A stretch of DNA of 64,000 nucleotides from an uncultured Verrucomicrobiota bacterium (GTDB taxonomy: Bacteria > Verrucomicrobiota > Kiritimatiellia > JAAZAB01): NCBI GenBank assembly GCA_964475405.1, contig CAYYWX010000002.1, positions 1 to 64,000 on the forward strand. Direction: 5' to 3'. The notes below the pieces were generated by a model. The model ran no database searches. It saw only the letters and a list, made by a program, of their open reading frames with translations, and was not told the DNA's origin. The translations under genes were made by a program, and so were the position numbers. Shown here in pieces: positions 56,887 to 64,000 of this stretch (within the stretch, counting starts at the first letter, position 1; each line of letters opens with the position of its first letter).

Positions 56887-57597
56887 TCAAGATAACGCGG
56901 ACTTCGGTTTAATGCCACGGCAGGATTCAAGAATGATTCTTGAGAGGAAAAGGGTTCCATGCTTGATGACCCGGGACTTTGCCTGGCCGCCGGCCCGTTG
57001 CCGTTCGTGGCTGCAAACTTCCACGATTTGATAGCCCCGGCGCAAGGCATTGGCAATAAGCTCAATCTCAATTTCAAAGTTTCGGGAGGTATACCGGAAA
57101 TCAGTGAACACGTCCCGGCGGAAGGCCTTGTATCCGTTCAGCGCGTCGGACAGGAATCTTTTCATGAACAAACCGACCGCCAGGGTTAAAACCACGTTGC
57201 CGAACGCCCGGACCGGCGTGTATTCTTCGCTGCCGCCGACAATCCGCGAGCCGATCACCAGCCCGACGCCGTCCTTGCTGATGGCCTCCAGGAAAAGCGG
57301 GATCTCCTCCGCGCGGTGGGAGTAATCGGCGTCCATCATGATCATGATGTCTCCCTCGGCAGCTTCAAACCCGGCGCGCAATGCGTGGCCTTTTCCGGGG
57401 AGACGCGCGTTGGGAATTATCCTGGCGCCCAGCGAGCCGGCGACAGAAGCGGTTTTGTCGTTGGAATGGTCATCCACGACGATGATTTCAAAGGAGTGCG
57501 CCGGGATTTTGGCGATGGTTTTTTTTATGTCAGTCAAGACCGCCGGGAGGGTAACTTCCTCATTGCGCGCCGGGATGACTATGCTTACTTTTGCCAT
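56887..57597 (-). CDS. GT2 glycosyltransferase, DPM1-like polyprenol-phosphate sugar synthase (soluble type)
   Basis: SIVIPARNEE…VVDDHSNDKT…MDADYSH motifs. Confidence 0.85.
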   Translation of the reverse strand: MAKVSIVIPARNEEVTLPAVLTDIKKTIAKIPAHSFEIIVVDDHSNDKTASVAGSLGARIIPNARLPGKGHALRAGFEAAEGDIMIMMDADYSHRAEEIPLFLEAISKDGVGLVIGSRIVGGSEEYTPVRAFGNVVLTLAVGLFMKRFLSDALNGYKAFRRDVFTDFRYTSRNFEIEIELIANALRRGYQIVEVCSHERQRAGGQAKSRVIKHGTLFLSRIILESCRGIKPKSALS

Positions 57598-57629
57598 AAG
57601 AGAATCGTTTTAATATATTGAGTAAAACA

Positions 57630-58667
57630 TTATCGGGAATAAATGCCGGCGATATTTTCATCCTGCTGCAGCCAGCGAACCAGTTCCGATACTCCTTGTT
57701 CCACGTCAATCACCGGTTCCCATCCAAAATCATTTTTCGCCTTGCGGATATCGCTCACGTAGATGGCCTGGTCGCCCGGGCGCCAGTCGGCAAAGGAATA
57801 AGTCAGGGGGTGCCCCATGAGGGATTTAAGCATTTCTATGAGTTCAAGGAGCGAGAGCGTGTTTTTGGATCCTCCGCCGATATTATAGGCCTTGCCCGCC
57901 GTCCGGTCTATTGAGCCGATGGCTTTTTCGTAGGCTTCAATCAGGTCGGAGATGTAAAGCACATCCCGCACCTGCATCCCGTTCCCGTAGATCGTGACCG
58001 GTTCATGGCGCAGGGCGCGAATGGCGAACCATGCCAGCCAGCCTTGGTCTTCGATGCCAAACTGGTGCGGACCGTAAATGCAGGACTGGCGGAAACAAAT
58101 GGTTTTCATGCCGTAGATTCTGGCGAAATCCAGGACGTATTGATCGCCGGCGCCCTTGGAGCATCCGTAGGGGGAATAGAAATCCAGCGGTATTGTTTCC
58201 GCCACGCCTTCGGGAAGTTTGACATACTCGTATCTCCGGCCGTTGTCGCGGATGGGCAATTGCTCGGTTTTCCCGTAAACTTTGTTGGTTGAGCTGTAAA
58301 TAACAATCGGTCTTGAGGAGGAACGGCGGACGGCATCCAAAAGATAAAACGTGCCTGCGGCATTGGTTTCAAAATCGGCGACCGGATCGGTGACGGAAGT
58401 GGTTACCGCCACTTGCGCGGCAAAGTGAAAAACAACTTCGGCCCGGTTAACCAGGTCAATAAGGTTCAAGCGCCGGTCCTGGATGTTGCCTTCAACAATC
58501 GTGAGTTTTCCGGGATGCTTGCGGCCAAGCCACTCGGCGTTCAGGCGCGAGCCGCTCCTGGAAAAATTATCCAGGATGGTAACTTTTTTCCCCCGCGCCA
58601 GGTAATAATCAGCGACGTTTACGCCGATAAACCCGGCTCCGCCGGTAATTAAATATTGATCCTTCAT
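57630..58667 (-). CDS. NAD-dependent epimerase/dehydratase (CDP-paratose-2-epimerase / nucleotide-sugar epimerase-like)
   Basis: ITGGAGFIGVNVADYYL Rossmann motif and the YxxxK catalytic pair (YGCSKGAGDQY). Confidence 0.8.
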   Translation of the reverse strand: MKDQYLITGGAGFIGVNVADYYLARGKKVTILDNFSRSGSRLNAEWLGRKHPGKLTIVEGNIQDRRLNLIDLVNRAEVVFHFAAQVAVTTSVTDPVADFETNAAGTFYLLDAVRRSSSRPIVIYSSTNKVYGKTEQLPIRDNGRRYEYVKLPEGVAETIPLDFYSPYGCSKGAGDQYVLDFARIYGMKTICFRQSCIYGPHQFGIEDQGWLAWFAIRALRHEPVTIYGNGMQVRDVLYISDLIEAYEKAIGSIDRTAGKAYNIGGGSKNTLSLLELIEMLKSLMGHPLTYSFADWRPGDQAIYVSDIRKAKNDFGWEPVIDVEQGVSELVRWLQQDENIAGIYSR

Positions 58668-58920
58668 GAAGTTCGTAATTCACATCATAAAGAATGAATA
58701 GTGTTTTACAAGTAATAAAATTTGAATCATCTGCTCGCCTTCGCCAGAGTATCAAAATGGCCTTTTCAGGCTCATCCGGAAAGGGGTGTTTTTATAAGTG
58801 CTTGGTAATCCGCCAAGATGGACCTGGCCGCAAACACTATTTTGTCGGGAAAGATTGAGGGTTGTTCATCGTCCTTTCTCTGAATGGCCGCAGCGATCCG
58901 GCCCGCTGCAGGGCAACTAC

Positions 58921-59208
58921 CTAATGGATAAGGGAGGGTGGGTGAGGGATGCTTTCCCGAAGCATGAGCTTGAGCGCCCGTCTTCCAGAGGAAGATTTGA
59001 GATAGACCTCACGTCGCAACGCATCGGGCTTGGAACGATAGTGCTCGCAAAATACGAGTTCAAACGGCCGACGACATGCAGTGGCAGGAGAAGTGCCGGA
59101 ATTATGTTCTTCCAGTCGACGCAGCAGGTCGGTTGTAAAGCCGATATACAGACCGCCATCATTGGAGCTCAAGAGAACATAAACGCAGAACGGAAGTGGC
59201 ATATTCAT
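58921..59208 (-). CDS. GIY-YIG nuclease-domain protein (short, URI-like)
   Basis: FCVYVLLSSNDGGLYIGFTTDLLRRLEEHN is the GIY-YIG motif with the conserved Arg and Glu. Start set at MNMPLPF; the longer ORF runs into the adjacent repeat. Confidence 0.8.
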   Translation of the reverse strand: MNMPLPFCVYVLLSSNDGGLYIGFTTDLLRRLEEHNSGTSPATACRRPFELVFCEHYRSKPDALRREVYLKSSSGRRALKLMLRESIPHPPSLIH

Positions 59209-59215
59209 TTTCTGC

Positions 59216-59447
59216 AATTTATTTTCTTGGCGCCCTGAAGCAGATCCTCGCGGACTCGGCACGCCCTGTAGCAGAGTCTTCTGTTAGTCGGCACGCTACA
59301 GGGCTGTGCTTCATGACAGCCACGCAGCGTGTTCGCGCCTGCGAACTCTGCTGCTGATAGTTTTTGGCGCCCTGAAGTAGATCCTCGCGGACTCGGCACA
59401 CTTCAGGGCAGCCACGCAGCGTGTTCGCGCCTGCGAACTCTGCTGCG
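59216..59447. repeat. Tandemly duplicated tRNA-flank segment: two copies of ttggcgccctgaagYagatcctcgcggactcggcac … agccacgcagcgtgttcgcgcctgcgaactctgctgc, each with internal inverted repeats
   Basis: Copy A is about 59218-59356 (with a roughly 50-bp extra hairpin insert). Copy B is about 59365-59447 and abuts the 3' end of tRNA-Arg. Both read directly. Confidence 0.7.
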
Positions 59448-59524
59448 TGGCGTACCTGGCTGGATTTGAACCAGCAACCTTCTGATCCGTAGTCAGATGC
59501 TCTGTCCAGTTGAGCTACAGGTAC
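59448..59524 (-). tRNA. tRNA-Arg (anticodon ACG), CCA encoded
   Basis: Reverse complement folds as a canonical cloverleaf: acceptor GTACCTG/CAGGTAC, D-arm GCTC…GAGC, anticodon stem TCTGA/TCAGA with loop CTACGGA (ACG), T-arm GCTGG-TTCAAAT-CCAGC, then GCCA. Confidence 0.85.
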
Positions 59525-59681
59525 ATGCAATTCAGATGGAAGCATAAAAAAACGGCCGGGACATTCAAGCTTTATCTCTTTTTTTCTTCCTGTCGCTCCG
59601 GTTCAGCCAAAAGAAACTTCCCTTCGGGCGGCAGAATTGATAGCATACAACAAACCTTGAAATTGAGGGAAGGAGCTGGGG

Positions 59682-60911
59682 ATGTTTTTGTTTCTATTAA
59701 CGGTTGTTGTCGCAATTATTCTGGCATTTACGTGTTCGTTGAGCGAGGCCTGTTTATTAAGTCTTTCGCCGATTGATATCGCGCGCATATCCGAAAAAAG
59801 GCCGCGCACGGCCGAAATCTGGAGGGGCTTCAAGCATAATATTCAAAAGCCGATTGCGGTTATATTAATTATTAACACGCTGTCCGAAACGATGGGGGCG
59901 GCAATTGCCGGCGGTTTGTTCGGCGGGCTGTTCGGTTCAAAACTGATCATGGTTTTTTCCGTCATCTTTTCATTTATCGTCATTCAATGGTGCGAGATAT
60001 TGCCGAAGTCACTGGGGGTGCGTTTCAACAAGCAGGTTGCGTGCCTGGTTGCCCGTCCGTTGCTCCTGGGCGTGAAAGTGCTCGGCCCGGTGATGATCTT
60101 TATTGAATGGTTGAACAAGCCGTTTTTGTCATCCGGCATGACAAAATCCGGTTATGACGCCATCGGCGACATAAATGTCCTGGCGCGGTTCGCCTCATAC
60201 AACCGGCTGATTACCACCGAGCAGGAGGGGATCGTGGCGCGGAGCCTTAAACTGTCGCAGACCGCGGTGCGGGATATCATGGTGGCGCGGAATGAAATAA
60301 AATATCTTTCAACGGACATGTCGCTGGCCGACGCCCTGATCGCGGCGCATATTCACCACCATACCCGCTATATCCTGGTCAATAACGGCAATCTTGACGA
60401 TGTCCTGGGCTATGTGAACGTCAAGGATATTGTCAGCGCCATGCAGACGAACCCGAAAGATCCGTCGTTGAAGGGGATTTCGCGCCCGATTCCAGTGATA
60501 AAAGTCACGCAGTTTGTCACGGAATTATTGAAGGGATTGACGAAAGGCTACCAGCATATTGCCCTGGTGCAAGATGATTCCGGGCGAACCGCCGGCTTGG
60601 TTACCATGGAGGACGTGGTGGAGGCGATTGTCGGCGACATGGAGGATGAGTATGACTTGTTGCCGACCCATGTTATTCACCTTTCGGATGTCCGGTTCCT
60701 GGCCGGCGGCGGCGTTTCATTGTCATTATTAAAGAACAAAACGGGGTTTAACCTGCCGGACGAGCAGGGAACCGTAAACGATTTCTTGCTGAATATTACA
60801 AAGGGATTCCCGGCGGTTGAGACAAAAATCACTTATAATAACGTGGTGTTTATAGTTCGCAAGGTCCGGCGTTCAAAGATCCACGAAGTAATCGTGGAAG
60901 CCCAAGGTTAG
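59682..60911 (+). CDS. CNNM/HlyC-CorC family transporter (DUF21-CBS pair-CorC_HlyC)
   Basis: N-terminal DUF21 TM domain (…AIILAFTCSLSEACLLSL…), a tandem CBS region and a C-terminal transporter-associated domain. Confidence 0.85.
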   Translation: MFLFLLTVVVAIILAFTCSLSEACLLSLSPIDIARISEKRPRTAEIWRGFKHNIQKPIAVILIINTLSETMGAAIAGGLFGGLFGSKLIMVFSVIFSFIVIQWCEILPKSLGVRFNKQVACLVARPLLLGVKVLGPVMIFIEWLNKPFLSSGMTKSGYDAIGDINVLARFASYNRLITTEQEGIVARSLKLSQTAVRDIMVARNEIKYLSTDMSLADALIAAHIHHHTRYILVNNGNLDDVLGYVNVKDIVSAMQTNPKDPSLKGISRPIPVIKVTQFVTELLKGLTKGYQHIALVQDDSGRTAGLVTMEDVVEAIVGDMEDEYDLLPTHVIHLSDVRFLAGGGVSLSLLKNKTGFNLPDEQGTVNDFLLNITKGFPAVETKITYNNVVFIVRKVRRSKIHEVIVEAQG

Positions 60912-60922
60912 GGGGATGATTC

Positions 60923-61318
60923 ATGGGCGATGACAAAAATCAGGAAGGCGTTCTACCCGCGCGACTGGCATTTTATATGTCCATGCTTGTTTGGCCCGGC
61001 GCCGGCCAATTTACCCAGAAACGATGGCTGGCGGGAACGTTTTATGCCGTTGTCTTCCTGGTTTGCATTGTCTTTATGTTCATCACGATTTTGACGCCGT
61101 TGTTCTGGAATCTTCGGATGCTGGCGTCTTGTCCGGGCAAGGATGAAATACCGGCTTTCTGCCCGATTCCGTTCATGAAGATTATGGTTTGGACGGCTGT
61201 TTCGGCGCTTGTTTATCTTTCAAACCTGCTGGACACTTTCGTTTATTTCCGCCGGCAGCACCGCCGGCCGGCGGCTGGTTTGCAGGAAAAAGGAGCGGAT
61301 TCAGACGGAACTAAATAA
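60923..61318 (+). CDS. Small membrane protein, unknown function
   Basis: 131 aa with 2-3 hydrophobic helices, lying 12 bp after the CNNM gene. Confidence 0.45.
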   Translation: MGDDKNQEGVLPARLAFYMSMLVWPGAGQFTQKRWLAGTFYAVVFLVCIVFMFITILTPLFWNLRMLASCPGKDEIPAFCPIPFMKIMVWTAVSALVYLSNLLDTFVYFRRQHRRPAAGLQEKGADSDGTK

Positions 61319-61359
61319 ACACCGCCTGTTTTGCTGTCATAAATTGCTTTTACTTTGAT

Positions 61360-61427
61360 TGTCATTCCCGCGGAGGCGGGAATCCAGGAGGAAAATTTCT
61401 GGATTCCCATTTTCATGGGAATGACAG
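61360..61427. repeat. Nested palindrome containing two ATTCCC-N8-GGGAAT units (dRS3-like pattern) forming a roughly 30-bp-arm hairpin
   Basis: tgtcattcccgcggaggcgggaatccagg…cctggattcccattttcatgggaatgacag. The arms are reverse-complementary except for the central 8-mers. Confidence 0.7.
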
Positions 61428-61533
61428 AGCGAAATAAATCTTTGAATATTATGCATATTTTCAATGTTAGTATGTGCAGATTATGCCAAGGTTTGATTTT
61501 GTAATTCTTTTGGAAATGGTTTAAAGGCTGATT

Positions 61534-63153
61534 ATGCGAATATTTGATTTTGATTTTGTGGTTGTCGGGAGCGGGATAGCCGGGTTGATGTCGGCCATTC
61601 ATCTCAGCCGGTTCGGCCGGGTCTGTGTCCTTACCAAGAAGGACAGCGCGGAAAGCAATACCAATTATGCCCAGGGCGGCATTGCCTGCGTCATGACCTC
61701 CGACGACAGTTTTGAAGCCCATGTCCAGGATACGCTCGCGGCCGGGGACGGACTCTGCGATGAAAAAGTTGTGCGCAATATTGTCAGTTCCGGCCCGGAA
61801 CGCATTGAAGAGCTTGAAGAGATGGGCATGAAATTTGCCGAGGAAACCGGCGCTTCCGGCGTGCAGTATGATCTCGGGCGCGAGGGCGGGCATTCCAAGC
61901 GGCGGGTGCTCCATGCCGGAGATATTACCGGCCGGGAGATTGAAAAAATACTGCTTGAAAAAGCGCGCGCCTCGAAGGTCGCGATCCTGGAACATTGCAT
62001 GGTGATTGACCTGATCACCACCGGGTGGCTTGGGGTGAGCGGCGAAAACCGGTGCGTCGGCGGTTATTTTCTGAACAGGCAGAGCGGCGAAATATCGGCT
62101 TATCGCGCGCCCTGCACGGTTCTCGCGACCGGCGGGGGCGGGAAGGTGTATCTTTACACCAGCAACCCCGACATTACCACCGGCGACGGCCTGGCCCTGG
62201 CGTGGCGCGCGGGGGTGCCGATCAAGAACCTGGAATTCATCCAGTTTCATCCAACCTGTCTTTTTCATCCCGACGCGAAATCGTTTTTGATAAGCGAAGC
62301 GGTGCGCGGCGAGGGGGCGGTCCTGGTCAATTCGGCCGGCGTGCCTTTCATGGAACGATACGACCCGCGCGGTTCTCTGGCGCCGCGCGATATCGTCGCC
62401 CGCGCCATTGACAACGAGATGAAGCTTACCGGCGCGGCCTGCGTATTTCTTGATATTCGCGGCAAGTCCGCCGTATTCCTGGAAAAACGCTTTCCGAATA
62501 TCTATCAAACCTGCAAGTCATTCGGCTTTGACATGGCACAAGACCTTGTCCCGGTTGTCCCGGCGGCGCATTATTTTTGCGGCGGAGTGGAGGCGGAAGT
62601 TGACGGCACAACCGCCATGCCCGGCCTTTATGCCTGCGGGGAGGTGGCCTGCACCGGTCTCCACGGCGCCAACCGGCTGGCGAGCAATTCGCTCCTGGAG
62701 GCGCTTGTTTGCGCATATGACCTGGCGGAAAAAATCGGCGGCCGGCCGCGCGGGCAGGAGCGGGTGAAAATTCCCGACTGGCAGGTTGGCTCGGCCGTGC
62801 CCAGCGATGAAGCCATCGTGATTGAACACAACTGGAACGAGGTGCGCACCTGCATGTGGGATTATGTCGGTATTGTGCGTTCAAACAAACGCCTGGAGCG
62901 CGCCCGGCGGCGGATCGGCAACCTGCGCGCTGAAATTCAACAGTATTATTATGATTATGTGGTAAGTGCCGATTTGCTTGAACTCAGGAATATTGCCGCG
63001 GTCGGCGAGTTGATTGTCCGGTCGGCCATGTTGCGCCACGAAAGCCGGGGGTTGCACTACACCCTTGATTACCCTCAAAAGGATGATTCCAGGCCGCCGG
63101 TTGATACCGTCATCAGTGATCAGCCCGGCGGGAAATTATGGGGTGGAAACTGA
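61534..63153 (+). CDS. nadB: L-aspartate oxidase
   Basis: FAD-binding N-terminus VVGSGIAGLMSA…NTNYAQGGIA and succinate-dehydrogenase/fumarate-reductase flavoprotein-like core. Full-length NadB similarity. Confidence 0.95.
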   Translation: MRIFDFDFVVVGSGIAGLMSAIHLSRFGRVCVLTKKDSAESNTNYAQGGIACVMTSDDSFEAHVQDTLAAGDGLCDEKVVRNIVSSGPERIEELEEMGMKFAEETGASGVQYDLGREGGHSKRRVLHAGDITGREIEKILLEKARASKVAILEHCMVIDLITTGWLGVSGENRCVGGYFLNRQSGEISAYRAPCTVLATGGGGKVYLYTSNPDITTGDGLALAWRAGVPIKNLEFIQFHPTCLFHPDAKSFLISEAVRGEGAVLVNSAGVPFMERYDPRGSLAPRDIVARAIDNEMKLTGAACVFLDIRGKSAVFLEKRFPNIYQTCKSFGFDMAQDLVPVVPAAHYFCGGVEAEVDGTTAMPGLYACGEVACTGLHGANRLASNSLLEALVCAYDLAEKIGGRPRGQERVKIPDWQVGSAVPSDEAIVIEHNWNEVRTCMWDYVGIVRSNKRLERARRRIGNLRAEIQQYYYDYVVSADLLELRNIAAVGELIVRSAMLRHESRGLHYTLDYPQKDDSRPPVDTVISDQPGGKLWGGN

Positions 63154-63329
63154 TTTTCTCCGATGGACCGACCTGATGCTTCGGCGCGGATCCGGCGCCA
63201 AAAGCAATGGTTTTTGTGTATTTATTAGCTTGCCAATTATTCGCGAAATCTGATAATTTCAACCTAATCATAAAAACAGGACAGACGCTATACCTGAAAC
63301 ATTATTAAACACAGACAGGCAAGGTAAAA

Positions 63330-64000
63330 CATGAATAAATTAAACCTTAAAGTAATTTTGACGGTTATATTTGATTTGATTTTACTGGGATTGCTGGCGT
63401 TTAACGGCTGGATGCTCTGGGATTTCAGGGAACAAACCGGTAAAACATTTCAGGGGCAGGCGGCCGAACAACTGGCGCAATTTACACAAATTCAAAGTAA
63501 TTTTGACAAAACCGCGACCCAGATTGCCGAAAGCATGAAGCCGGACGCTGAAATTATCGCCAGCTTGGGCACTTTCAGCAAGCAAAGCCAGGATCAGCAC
63601 GCCGAGCAGGCGAAAATCAAAGAACAATTTACAACGGATATCGCGACGGTGAACCAAAATATCAAGCAAAGCCAGGACAAGATAGCGGAGGCAATCCAGC
63701 CTTTGGCCGAAGAGATTAATTCCATGTCCGATGCCAGTCTTGACATCGTTGTCCAGGTTACGGAATTGCAAAAGAGGGTGGATAACCTGGCCACGGTGCA
63801 GGAAGGCAAATTTTACATTGAGGGAGTCAAGGTGATAGCCGAAGAACCGGCCGGTAAGTCCGTCGATAAGCAATCTGACAAGCCGGCTGACAAGTCCGCC
63901 GCCAAGAAGACCAGCAAGGACAAGGCGGCCAAGTCTGCCGCGAGTGATAATCTCAAAAAGTCCAGCCAGTTTCACATGGAAGGGGTCAAAAAATGGGACT
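63330..64000 (+). CDS. Membrane-anchored coiled-coil / low-complexity protein, 5' part (runs off the 3' edge)
   Basis: ATG at 63330 with an N-terminal TM helix (LKVILTVIFDLILLGLLAF), then a Q/K/A-rich coiled-coil-like sequence with no stop before the window end. Preferred over the antisense ORF 63382-63975. Confidence 0.5.

Noticed and set aside
59205-59545. ORFs 59205-59399 and 59219-59545 (minus strand) beginning MPSPRGS…
   Set aside because: They are translations of the duplicated tRNA-flank repeat and run through the tRNA-Arg gene itself. The shared N-terminal peptide is a repeat artefact.
63382-63975. 197-aa minus-strand ORF at the 3' end of the window
   Set aside because: The plus strand carries an ATG at 63330 followed by a TM helix and a continuous coiled-coil-like reading frame to the window edge. 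The minus-strand translation is leucine/glycine-rich with no features.

Overview
This is a 64 kb segment of a bacterial chromosome, roughly 60% GC by eye, densely coded on both strands. It carries no rRNA, no CRISPR array and no recognisable transposase; phylum-level origin cannot be assigned from the sequence alone. Housekeeping operons recognised with high confidence: amtB-glnK behind a near-consensus sigma-54 promoter, tpx, ispF, cysS-tmk-holB-PSP1/RicT, aroQ-accB-accC, Asp23-AmaP, hpt, nadB and one tRNA-Arg(ACG). Three accessory blocks stand out. (1) 9.6-12.2 kb: a Schlafen/AlbA_2-HATPase-wHTH gene of about 1.43 kb that looks inserted into the 3' end of a ROK kinase gene, flanked by 18-bp direct repeats, followed by a truncated paralogue fused to a roughly 0.9 kb AT-rich island that ends in a (TGAAGAC)6 microsatellite. 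(2) 12.2-28.6 kb: a glycan-catabolism-like cluster with an AgaS-like SIS protein, a GH95-like hydrolase, a GH5/GH42-like hydrolase, two very large uncharacterised proteins, an RpiR regulator and two PF12831-type FAD-dependent oxidoreductases, one carrying a C-terminal discoidin-like domain. (3) 41.6-59.5 kb: a cell-envelope glycoconjugate cluster with an AraC regulator, a DUF1015-carbamoyltransferase-membrane protein operon, three GT2 polyprenyl-phosphate glycosyltransferases, two B12-binding radical SAM enzymes, a GT-C (ArnT/PMT-like) transferase, two NAD-dependent epimerase/dehydratases and a LamG-domain secreted protein, ending at a GIY-YIG nuclease gene and tRNA-Arg with a duplicated 3' flank. 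Several structured or dispersed intergenic repeats are also visible, including a REP-like element in two copies, a dRS3-pattern nested palindrome and hairpins between amtB/glnK and accB/accC. The candidates for a previously undescribed system are the radical-SAM/GT2/GT-C/carbamoyltransferase envelope cluster and the FAD-oxidoreductase-containing glycan cluster.
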